21,838 nt of DNA from Myxococcales bacterium (GTDB taxonomy: Bacteria > Myxococcota_A > UBA9042): positions 1 to 21,838 of the forward strand of contig JBBISH010000108.1 in assembly GCA_037441385.1 (NCBI GenBank), read 5' to 3'. Position 1 is the stretch's first letter; each line of letters opens with the position of its first letter. Below, piece after piece: positions 13,442-21,838 of the stretch. The position numbers were made by a program, and so were the translations under genes. The notes under the pieces are model-generated. The model searched no databases, was not told the origin of the DNA, and was given only the letters and a program-made list of their open reading frames with translations.

Positions 13442-16063
13442 ATGCAAAGTAGCCAAAATCGTACGCTCTTGAGCCGCGGAGCCTGGCTGATGGCCGGGTC
13501 GATGGCCCTTGCAGCCTGCGACGGGGCGCCTGCTCCGGTGCTCAGCGGCGCGGTCCAAGATGGCGCCAGCAGCGCAGACGACCTGAGTGGCAGCGAGGCC
13601 GGCGCGGTCGATACGGCCGGCAGTAGCACCGCCGCGACCGATGTCGCCACCAACAGCGACACAGCGAGCGACACAGCGAGCGGCATGGGCGCCGACGCGC
13701 TCAGCGACACCGCCCAAGACGCCGGCAGCCCCGGCGGCCCCTGCACCAGCAACGCCAACTGTCCGCCCGCCGCCAAGGTGTGCGACCCGCTGACCAGCCA
13801 GTGCGCCGCGTGCCTGTTCGATGGCGACTGCGGGGCCAACCAGCACTGCTTGGGCAAGAGCTGCATATCCTTTACAACCTGCACGAATTCATTGGGGTGC
13901 ACGGCGGCCAAGGCCCCAAATGGCGAGGCTCAAGGCATCTGCAACGCCGCGGTCAGCGAGTGCGTGGCCTGTTTGCTCGACACCGACTGCTCGGCCAGCC
14001 AGCTCTGCCAGGACCATCACTGCGTCGACGTCAAAAAGTGTACCAATTCAACGAACTGTCCACCTGACCAGGTCTGCGACCCCAAGGTGGGGCTGTGCTT
14101 TGTCTGCGCCGCCGACGCCGATTGCCCGGCCGGCCACCTGTGCGAAGATCACCAGTGCCGCGCCTTTACCACCTGCGTCAGCGACAAACAGTGCACGCCG
14201 CTCGGCTTGCTGTGCGACACCGCCAAGGGCAAGTGCGCGCGCTGCCTCAAGAACGACGACTGCCCCGAGGTCTACCACTGCAGCCCCAGCGGCGTGGGCG
14301 GCACCGGCTCGTGCGAACTCGACGTGTGCCAACCCGGCAAGGGCAACTGCAGCCCGGCCGGCAAGGTCATCTGCACCGCTGCGGGCGACGGCTTCTTGCC
14401 TCCGCAGGCGTGCGCCCCCTCGACGACCTGCGTAGTCCAGGCCGGCGTGCCCACTTGCGCCGCCTGGGTCTGCCAGCCCGGCGTGCACTGCGCAGGCTCC
14501 AGCCTCCTTGACTGCAGTGCCGATGGCCTGACTCTGCAAAAAACCACCGACTGCGCGGCCAGCGGGCAAAAATGCTTTGGCGACGCCTGCAAGACCACCC
14601 TTTGCGACCCCGGCAAGCCGTACTGCCAAGACAGCGCGGTGCTCCAGTGCTCGGCCGATGGCATGACGTCGAACCAGGTAAAGCTTTGTTCTGTCAGCGA
14701 GTTTTGCCAGGGCGGCGTCTGCCAGCCGCAAGTCTGCCCGCCCAACAAGCCCGTGTGCGTGGGCAACGCCGTGCGGCTGTGCAACGCCAACGGCTCGGCC
14801 CTGACCGGCACGCCGCAAGACTGCGGCAGCCAGTTCTGCGTCGCCGGAGCCTGTGCCACGCTGGTGTGCGCCCCCGGAAAGCCCTATTGCAGTGGCAAGC
14901 AAGTGCTCAACTGCAGCGCCGATGGCTTGTCGAGCACTCCCGGCGCCTTGTGCACGGCCGACCAGGCTTGCGAGTCGGGCCAGTGCAAAAAGGTGATCTG
15001 TTCGCCCGGACTGCCGATTTGCAAAGGCAATGCGGTCGCGAACTGCAGCGCCAACGGCACCGCCTACAGCGAGCTGGGCAGCAACTGCAGTGCCGCCGGC
15101 CAGTCGTGCAAAGGGGGAGCCTGCGTCAAGGCGTCGTGCGGCGATGGCGTGGTCAACGGCCCCACCGAGCAGTGCGACGACGGCAATTCCGTAGCCGGCG
15201 ACGGATGTTCGGCCACCTGCCAGCTCGAAACCAGCGCCCCCGGCACGGCGCCCTTGCCCCTGGCCGACGGCGCCACCTGCTCCTCGGTGTGCCCCGCGCC
15301 TCCCAGTTGCGCGCTCGACGACGGCTGCGGCAAGCCGTGCCCGCTGTGCGCCAGCTCGACCGGCAAGACCAACACCTGCCAAGCCGGCGTTTGTGCTGCG
15401 TGCACGCCCAGTTGCGCCCCAGGTCAGTGCGGCTCCAACGGCTGCGGTGGCTGGTGTGCGCCTTGCTCCGGCACCAACTCCTGCAACGGCAGCGCCTGTG
15501 TGGCAGCCTGCTCGCTGTGCCCGGCCGGCGGCTGCACCGTCTTGAACTTTGACAACGGTCTAGTGGGGTGGGACGTGACGAGCGATGCCAATGTTGTGCA
15601 ATCACTAGGTAAAACCATCGCGCCCTCGGGTAGTGGCATGCTGCGGCTGTCGACCGGCCTCGCCACCAACACGTCGTCTTCGGCGCGCACGGCACTGTGC
15701 GTTCCGGCCGGCGCAACCAAGATTCGCTTTAAGTGGCGCTTCTTTAGCGAAGAGCTGATGGAGTACTGCGCCTCGCAATTCCAAGACACCTTTACCATGT
15801 CTCTTCAGTTCGCTGCGGTCCCCAAGACCGTATTTGCCGTCAAGGTCGACGATATCTGCAATAACGTGCTGTATAACAAGGGCTTGACCCCGGCCGACGT
15901 CAAGTTTGACCAGGGCGGCGTGTACATGACCACCTGGCTTGAAACGACCGTAGCCGTGCCCGACTTGGCTACCGCGACGGCGATGACCCTAGCGGTGAGC
16001 GATGTGGGCGACAGCATCTACGACACGGTGGTGTTGATCGACGACATTGCCTTTATCCCCTAG
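13442..16063 (+). CDS. Large Cys-rich lipoprotein (873 aa) with a Myxococcus cysteine-rich (myxo_disulf_rpt-type) repeat and a C-terminal beta-sandwich resembling choice-of-anchor L
   Basis: Lipobox LAA-C; C...DC repeats; about 6 units CxPGxxxCxGxxxxxCxAxG...CxxGxC; CGDGVVNGPTEQCDDGNSVAGDGCSATCQLE; tail FKWRFFSEELMEYCASQFQDTF...VSDVGDSIYDTVVLIDDI. Confidence 0.9.
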   Translation: MQSSQNRTLLSRGAWLMAGSMALAACDGAPAPVLSGAVQDGASSADDLSGSEAGAVDTAGSSTAATDVATNSDTASDTASGMGADALSDTAQDAGSPGGPCTSNANCPPAAKVCDPLTSQCAACLFDGDCGANQHCLGKSCISFTTCTNSLGCTAAKAPNGEAQGICNAAVSECVACLLDTDCSASQLCQDHHCVDVKKCTNSTNCPPDQVCDPKVGLCFVCAADADCPAGHLCEDHQCRAFTTCVSDKQCTPLGLLCDTAKGKCARCLKNDDCPEVYHCSPSGVGGTGSCELDVCQPGKGNCSPAGKVICTAAGDGFLPPQACAPSTTCVVQAGVPTCAAWVCQPGVHCAGSSLLDCSADGLTLQKTTDCAASGQKCFGDACKTTLCDPGKPYCQDSAVLQCSADGMTSNQVKLCSVSEFCQGGVCQPQVCPPNKPVCVGNAVRLCNANGSALTGTPQDCGSQFCVAGACATLVCAPGKPYCSGKQVLNCSADGLSSTPGALCTADQACESGQCKKVICSPGLPICKGNAVANCSANGTAYSELGSNCSAAGQSCKGGACVKASCGDGVVNGPTEQCDDGNSVAGDGCSATCQLETSAPGTAPLPLADGATCSSVCPAPPSCALDDGCGKPCPLCASSTGKTNTCQAGVCAACTPSCAPGQCGSNGCGGWCAPCSGTNSCNGSACVAACSLCPAGGCTVLNFDNGLVGWDVTSDANVVQSLGKTIAPSGSGMLRLSTGLATNTSSSARTALCVPAGATKIRFKWRFFSEELMEYCASQFQDTFTMSLQFAAVPKTVFAVKVDDICNNVLYNKGLTPADVKFDQGGVYMTTWLETTVAVPDLATATAMTLAVSDVGDSIYDTVVLIDDIAFIP

Positions 16064-16081
16064 AGAGAGGATCAATTTGAG

Positions 16082-16369
16082 TTCTTCGCCGCGCCGGACC
16101 CGCCGCAATTGGAGCGGCGAGTCCCCAACGGGGCAAGCTTGCGCCCCACTTGGGGCTGGAGACGCGACCGGCAGAGCGAATTACTGAACGAATGTCCAGT
16201 AATTGGTCGAGTCCCAAGTGCGCCGATCAAGCTAGACTTTCTTCGCGCACCCGAACCTTCGATTCCGGCGTGGCGAGTCGTCGTCGGCGCTCGCTTGCGC
16301 CCCACTTCGGGCCAGAGAAGTGACTTGCGGCCCGAGCTACCGAACAGATGTCCAGAACTGGTCGAGTCT
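16082..16369. repeat. Diverged intergenic direct repeat, two units of about 130 bp with 156-bp period, between convergent genes
   Basis: Shared collinear blocks TTCTTCGC, GGCGAGTC, GCTTGCGCCCCACTT (16137-16151 and 16293-16307), GAAC..ATGTCCAG and TGGTCGAGTC. Confidence 0.8.
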
Positions 16370-19300
16370 TTAGGGTAACTCAACCATGCACTGGCCCTGC
16401 CTACAGCGCATGCCCTTACCGCACACCGTACCATCGGCGAACCAGGCGTGCGTGCAACTGGTCTTTGGCGTGCACGCATCTTGGGTGCAGGGGTTCGCGT
16501 CGGCGCAGTTGGCGAACGACTTGCCCAAACAACCACCTGCTGCCGCGCACTCTGAGTGACCCCACGCGTCCATTCGCCGCACGTCGACATGAAGGGCGAG
16601 GGGTGCATACGAAATGGCTGTGGCTATCGCTACTAGCGTCTCGTCGGCGCCAAGACCCAGACTCCAATGGTCTCCTTTCGCTGATGGCCAAGAAGCCGGC
16701 GCTCCCTGGGCGACACCAGCCCCGTCCACGACCACCCACTTGCCCAAGCTCGCAATGGCCATTGCGCCCTTTCCTAGAGCCACCACGCCCATCGTGCCGG
16801 CCGCGTAGCCGGGTTTGAGGTTGTCGAGGCGGCGCACATCCAAGACTTTGCCCTGTGGATTCATGCGCAACCAGCGCACGTCGTCCTTGGTCCGCACTGT
16901 GCCGAGCAATTCCCCACTAGTGCCCAATGCCAAACCCTCCAGCGACTTACCCAGTACGGTGATGTAGAACCCCGGCGCACCTTGAGGATTCAAACTGCCA
17001 ATGGCCGATGAACTGCTGTAGTCGTCGTGAACTTGCGCGCCGCCCGCCACCACGCCGCCGTCCACCAACTCAACCGCCGTCAAGCATTCGGTCCACGTTG
17101 CAGGGCTTTGCAGCGGGTCACCAAGCATCTCGACCTTCGCATTGCCGTCAAGGCGCCAGACGCGGCAAGTGGTGTAGCCGTCGCTGTTGCTGCGGGTTCC
17201 CAAAACCAACCATCCGCCGGTTGCCCGTGGAATGGCCCGGTTGACTCGCGAGCAGTTGGCAAGGATGCCCAAGTCGGTGGCCACGCCATTGGAGGCAACT
17301 TGGACCAGCTTGGCGTCGGTGCCGGCGGCCAAGGCGGCCAGGGCCCCGCCATCTACGGTCGACCATGCGCCGCGAACCTCAGCCGGTGTCGGACATACCC
17401 AGCGTTCCGAGCCGTCTGCTCGGTAGGCGGCCATTTGGCTGGTGCGTACCACCAAGATGCCGCCATCAGGCGCCGGGACCGCGGCCGGGAGCGCTGGCTG
17501 GACTGGCGCTACGAACTCACTGAGTTGAATGGTTTTGCTCCAGGTCTGCAGCGCAGGAGCCGGGTTGCTGCCCAGCTGGCATTTGCCTTGGACGCAATGG
17601 GCGACCGCACATGTGGCACCCAGTTCGCAGTCCACGTCGCCGGTGCAGGGGCAAGTGGTCGAGACGGCGCGGCAAAGGCCGCCGACGCAGGCGTTTTCGG
17701 TGCACGCCAGCCCGTCTTCGCATGGTCCAGCTAGTTCCAAATGGCCACAGGCAGCTCCGCTACATGTGTCGGCTGTGCATGGGTTTTCGTCGTCGCAGTC
17801 CGGCACACCCGCCTGGCACCCATTTGGCCCGCACAAATCAGCAGTTGTGCAGGGCTGTCCATCGTCGCATAGGTTGCCTTTGGCAGGCTTGGCGGTGCAA
17901 CCGTCCTTGGTGCAATCGTCTTCCGTGCAGGGGTCTCCGTCTGCGCAAGCGTAGGGAACGGCCAAGTGTGTACAGCCGCCTGCTGGGTCGCAACCATCAA
18001 TCGTGCAAGGGATACCGTCGTCACACTGAGCCACCGACAGGCCGGCGCATTTGCCGGCGACTTGGCAACTGCTGTGGCCCCAGTTGTCGGTGCGCAGCAG
18101 ATGGAACTCAAGTCCATTGCTGGGGCTGGCAATGTCGTAGAGCGCAACGGCATCGCCGCCTTCGGCCATCACGGCCGAGAGCGGCCAGATCTTGGTGCTG
18201 GTGCCCGGTCCACCCTTGGCAATGCCGCCCCGCCAAATGGGCTTGAGGTCGTGGCCGAAGGCAGCCACGGGGCCGAGATCACTGTTGCCCAACTCGGCGA
18301 TGGTACCGGCTTGCGAAACGAAGGGCGGCGGGTCCAAGAAGTCGGACGTCGGCCAAAGATCGAGGGCGGCGGTCGCGCGGATCGGTGCACCCAGCGACAC
18401 GGCACCGGCGGGGCTGATCCGGATCAGGCGCGCCAAGCCATCGTAGTTGGCATCGTACGGCACGTTTCCCGGCACTGGGCCATACTGGGTCGTGGAGGCC
18501 CACGCCATGACGATGGCGCCATCGGGCTCGCCGCTCGTCGGCCCCCAGATGCTTAGCTTGGGGAGGGCGATCCATAGAACTTGGCCGTTTGCATCGCGGC
18601 GAGTCAACTTGGGGTAGGTGATCGAGGTCGCCGGGCCCCACGGGTTTCCCAGCCAGCCGCCGTCTGGCAGCGGGCGCCCCCAATCCTCATAGAGCGTGGA
18701 GTTCACTGCACCAACACGCGAGTCGAGTAGCGTGCCGTCCGGATGGTAGCGGCGAATTTCTGGGTGCGGACAATTGTTGGCCGTGACTGGGAACGGCGCG
18801 GAGCAGTCGGTGCGACGCATGACCACAGTCCATCCCAGTGGGGTCGCCGCGATTGCTAGAACAAAAGGACATTCTTCTGAATGAACCAGCCCGGCTGGTC
18901 CCCAAAACTCCAGCTTCTGAACCGGCGTATCAAAGCCGTTTGGCGGGTTGATCATGTAGCCAATCGCCGCCGCGCCCGACGGCGAGGTGGCGACGACGGG
19001 CATGTAGGCGAATGGGATGCCGGGCGCCTGAGGGGGTTGAACAGCGATCGTTTCCCCGCTCTTGTCGACCCAGACGAACTGCCGCTGGCAATATCCCACG
19101 AAACCAAAGGATGTTTCTAACAGACCGCCGCAGAAAGGCACGGTGGACTTGGCGGAATAGATCGGTAGGACACGATCGAAGATCCGACTCTTGTTGCTGG
19201 GCACACATACGCCTCCGCACCATTTACCGGGCAACTGGCACGGGTCCGGCGACGGACAGGGCATGGAGTTCGCTACACAGCCAAGCTGCGGATCGCAGGC

Positions 19301-20008
19301 GTCTACCGTGCACGGATCGCCGTCGTCGCAGACCACGACCTGACCGCCCTTGCAGGTTCCCTCAGCAGCACAGGATTCGCTCGTGGTGCACGGGTTGCCA
19401 TCGCTGCATTGGGCACCTGCGGCAACGGGCGTGTGCGAACAACCAGCAGCACCGTTGCAGACGTCGACCGTGCACGGATTGAAGTCGTCGCAACTGAAGA
19501 CGCCCCCGCTTTGGCAGCAGCTTGCTGGACATTGCCCAGGTTGGCCGCCGCACGCCGTCCCTGTGTCGCACGGCCAGCCCGTGCTCTTGACCAGGTAGAC
19601 ACAGCCCGAAGGGGTGGCAGTGTCGATGGTGCAATCGAGGAGGTCGTCGCACGGGATCGGGCCAGCCGAAAACGTCACGTACGTCGTATCTGCGGGTAGC
19701 GGCACTGGGAGCGCGGGTTGAGAACCGGCGGAATCGCCCCCTTTGGGGGTATCCGCGTCAGATTCGACCACTTCGTCTTCTGTAGCGTCCCCGGCAGGAG
19801 GCATGTCTGGATCGACTCCTGTGGAGGCATCAACCCCGGATCCGCCCACCTCCTTTGCTTCAACATCCATGGCTACAGGCAAATCTTGGTGCTGTTGTCC
19901 GTCCTTGGAGTCGACATCGGCCACTGTGGCCGCAGGTTCGCAGGCAAGCGTCGCGACCGCCGCCAGCACAACAAACAGCCTCGTGGTTCGGATGGGCAGT
20001 GCCATCAT
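16370..20008 (-). CDS. Very large lipoprotein (1212 aa): CTDC-type Cys repeats alternating with two probable beta-propeller domains
   Basis: Lipobox TLA-C; three blocks of CDDGxPCTxDxC repeats; two Cys-poor regions with xxRxDxxGxxxW blade motifs, ending RTDNWGHSSCQVAGKC and RMDAWGHSECAAAGGC. Confidence 0.88.
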   Translation of the reverse strand: MMALPIRTTRLFVVLAAVATLACEPAATVADVDSKDGQQHQDLPVAMDVEAKEVGGSGVDASTGVDPDMPPAGDATEDEVVESDADTPKGGDSAGSQPALPVPLPADTTYVTFSAGPIPCDDLLDCTIDTATPSGCVYLVKSTGWPCDTGTACGGQPGQCPASCCQSGGVFSCDDFNPCTVDVCNGAAGCSHTPVAAGAQCSDGNPCTTSESCAAEGTCKGGQVVVCDDGDPCTVDACDPQLGCVANSMPCPSPDPCQLPGKWCGGVCVPSNKSRIFDRVLPIYSAKSTVPFCGGLLETSFGFVGYCQRQFVWVDKSGETIAVQPPQAPGIPFAYMPVVATSPSGAAAIGYMINPPNGFDTPVQKLEFWGPAGLVHSEECPFVLAIAATPLGWTVVMRRTDCSAPFPVTANNCPHPEIRRYHPDGTLLDSRVGAVNSTLYEDWGRPLPDGGWLGNPWGPATSITYPKLTRRDANGQVLWIALPKLSIWGPTSGEPDGAIVMAWASTTQYGPVPGNVPYDANYDGLARLIRISPAGAVSLGAPIRATAALDLWPTSDFLDPPPFVSQAGTIAELGNSDLGPVAAFGHDLKPIWRGGIAKGGPGTSTKIWPLSAVMAEGGDAVALYDIASPSNGLEFHLLRTDNWGHSSCQVAGKCAGLSVAQCDDGIPCTIDGCDPAGGCTHLAVPYACADGDPCTEDDCTKDGCTAKPAKGNLCDDGQPCTTADLCGPNGCQAGVPDCDDENPCTADTCSGAACGHLELAGPCEDGLACTENACVGGLCRAVSTTCPCTGDVDCELGATCAVAHCVQGKCQLGSNPAPALQTWSKTIQLSEFVAPVQPALPAAVPAPDGGILVVRTSQMAAYRADGSERWVCPTPAEVRGAWSTVDGGALAALAAGTDAKLVQVASNGVATDLGILANCSRVNRAIPRATGGWLVLGTRSNSDGYTTCRVWRLDGNAKVEMLGDPLQSPATWTECLTAVELVDGGVVAGGAQVHDDYSSSSAIGSLNPQGAPGFYITVLGKSLEGLALGTSGELLGTVRTKDDVRWLRMNPQGKVLDVRRLDNLKPGYAAGTMGVVALGKGAMAIASLGKWVVVDGAGVAQGAPASWPSAKGDHWSLGLGADETLVAIATAISYAPLALHVDVRRMDAWGHSECAAAGGCLGKSFANCADANPCTQDACTPKTSCTHAWFADGTVCGKGMRCRQGQCMVELP

Positions 20009-20303
20009 CTTGACCTCTGTTCGGCGCCATCGCGGATTATTCCATTTGGGTCTAGATCATTTTGAAACCACACTGCCGCGTAGACCCACAACCATGACCG
20101 CCCCACCGGCACCAACCACCGCAAAGCCCACATCACACCCGCCAAACCGGACCTTCCGGACTCGAGGCCTGAGCCTACGCCCGCGATCGACCCCCGTCAA
20201 CGCCGATTGTTCCCTGAATTCCAGCCAATTCGCCAGCACGGCCAAAGTTCCGCCGCGCGGCGCCGGACGGCCCCTTGCTTGTGCCGCCCACTGCCGCGGT
20301 CGC

Positions 20304-21428
20304 CTAGACCCATCCGGGTTTGCGCCGTCCCCGCTTCGGCCGAGTCTTTTGCCTGCGCCCAATCCATTCGGTGCCGGCTCCCTTGCCTGGGTACTGAGCC
20401 GGCGAAAATGACCCACGCAGCTTGGCCGTGCACCCCCAATAGACCTGTGTCAGATCGCCCAGATAGGGCGCGAGCGGGAGGGCGCTGCCAGTGGGCAGAT
20501 TCGCCACGTGCACCGCGCCAGCCGTGACCAACACCGCGAGCTTGACCTGTGCGCCCGGCTGTCCGTCGATGTAGCCGCGCGCGGTGCCTTGGGCGTCGAC
20601 TCCAACTGCGACATGCGTCCAACTGCCAGGCGCCCACGGGGCGGTGTGCAGGGCCGCTGCGGGTCCAGTCGCGCCAGTATCGGCAAGCCCAACGCTGATG
20701 ATGCCCGCGCCGACCTTGACCCAGAGTGCCACGCCGCCTGCGCCTGCCACGGCGAGTGCAACACCCTGCTTCGAAGGACGAACCCAGGCCGCGGCGGTCA
20801 GGGGCGAGCCAGCCGCGCAGCCTTGGCCCTGCGTGGGGTCAGGTAGGGTAAGCAACATGGGTTTGGTGATGTGCAAGCTGTGCGGCCAGACGGGGCCGTA
20901 GCAAGGGCTCGAGGCGACCGCGGTGCATTGGCCGGCGGCGCATGCGTGGTCGAAGCAAGCGTTGGGTGTGCCGCAGGGCGAATCGTCGGGCCAGGGCGCA
21001 AGCGTGCACCCCTTTTTGGGATCACAGGCGGCAATGGCGCACTCGGGCTCGGGGTCGGGGCAGACGACCGGTGTGCCGTGCTGGCAGATGGCGTATTCGC
21101 AGTACTCGCCCGTAGTGCAAGCGTTGCCATCGTCGCAGGGCCCCGCGCGGCCGGTGTGCAGGCAGGTCGAGGCGGCGCTGCAGCTTTCGACGGTGCAATC
21201 GTTCTTGTCGTCGCAGTCGGGCGCAAGGGTGCAGGTAGCCGCAGGGGGCACGTCGGCCACAGCGTCATCTGGGCCGGCCGTATCGGCGGCAAGTGGGGCG
21301 TCGGCCGCGGCCACGTCGCTGGACGCATTAGTGGGGGGCGCCGGCTGCTGCAGGCAGCCCGCAGCCAACGCCGCGATCAGAGCCGCCAGCCCGAGCAAGC
21401 TGTTCAAATGGCGAAACCCGTTCACCAT
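20304..21428 (-). CDS. Cys-rich lipoprotein with C-terminal LamG/concanavalin-A-like domain, possibly C-terminally truncated
   Basis: GAGG RBS before ATG 21428 (MVNGFRHLNSLLGLAALIAALAAG-C); CDDxNxCT repeats; LTAAAWVRP...PGSWTHVAV......RGYIDG...YLGDLTQV is the LamG-like pattern. Confidence 0.82.
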   Translation of the reverse strand: MVNGFRHLNSLLGLAALIAALAAGCLQQPAPPTNASSDVAAADAPLAADTAGPDDAVADVPPAATCTLAPDCDDKNDCTVESCSAASTCLHTGRAGPCDDGNACTTGEYCEYAICQHGTPVVCPDPEPECAIAACDPKKGCTLAPWPDDSPCGTPNACFDHACAAGQCTAVASSPCYGPVWPHSLHITKPMLLTLPDPTQGQGCAAGSPLTAAAWVRPSKQGVALAVAGAGGVALWVKVGAGIISVGLADTGATGPAAALHTAPWAPGSWTHVAVGVDAQGTARGYIDGQPGAQVKLAVLVTAGAVHVANLPTGSALPLAPYLGDLTQVYWGCTAKLRGSFSPAQYPGKGAGTEWIGRRQKTRPKRGRRKPGWV

Positions 21429-21838
21429 TGCCTCGCATGTCGACCGCTGCGGCGGGGGGGCACGTGCGACCAAGGCTCATCGTGCGCGCGCGGTGCGGGT
21501 GGGTCAAGCAAGAACCGGCAACCTTTCTTGGCCCAGCTGCGCGGCAACCCAAGCTTGCTCCGCTACGCCGGCCACTCGTATCTTGGCGCCGAGGGGCCTT
21601 CATCTCCGCCAGATGAAAATCCCACTGCTGGGGGTCGACTTCCAACGGCAACCCATCCGAACCTGGGCCGCATGAACGACGGCGGACGGGAGTCCAAGCC
21701 ATCGCCGCCACCGATCGAGTCGAAGTCGGTGAATGGCATAGGGTATCCGCTCCGTCACCGTCGCGGTTATTTAGATATTTCAACAACTTAGGCTGGATGG
21801 GGCCGGCCAGTCCTGGTGCAAGCAGTTCCGGCCGCCGG

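Noticed and set aside
16082..16369. Repeat pair as DGR template/variable repeats or integron attC sites
   Set aside because: Differences are not adenine-specific, neither copy lies in a gene's C-terminus, no reverse transcriptase or integrase is in the window, and RYYYAAC/GTTRRRY ends are absent.
21765..21792. dif (XerCD) site
   Set aside because: Only TAAAT matches the XerD arm TTATGTTAAAT; no XerC arm at 6-bp spacing.

Overview
GC-rich bacterial DNA. The protein style points to a Myxococcota/deltaproteobacterium-like organism (inference): lipoprotein signal, Asp/Ala-rich tether, Cys-rich CDDGNxCTxDxC, ExCDGxDNDCDG and CGDG..EQCDDGN repeats. About 12 real genes are present and almost all encode cell-surface proteins. 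These are seven predicted lipoproteins (six Cys-rich, one GDPD-fold), two paralogous Sec-exported phage-tail-fibre-like proteins with a shared N-terminal 'QGRL/EGVL...ELPR.PL..V.YAL.A' domain, a SanA/YdcF-family protein, an SRPBCC/AHSA1 protein and a hypothetical exported protein. One fibre is cut by the window start and is missing from the ORF track. The most interesting candidate system is the gene pair at 3190->1. A giant Cys-rich lipoprotein ending in a short Gly-rich 'G..G...GF..W' beta-strand module sits directly upstream of a fibre gene, suggesting an anchor-plus-trimeric-fibre display module. A second, stand-alone fibre with a different tip lies at 9015->6907. Non-coding features are a 290-bp inverted-repeat-bounded MITE-like element with possible RAYT-transposase relics, a diverged 156-bp-period intergenic repeat with a possible third copy, several long hairpins, a decaying Cys-repeat pseudogene fragment and three plausible sigma70-type promoters. 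No rRNA, tRNA, CRISPR array or intact transposase was recognised. All family calls come from motif recognition by eye, not database searches.
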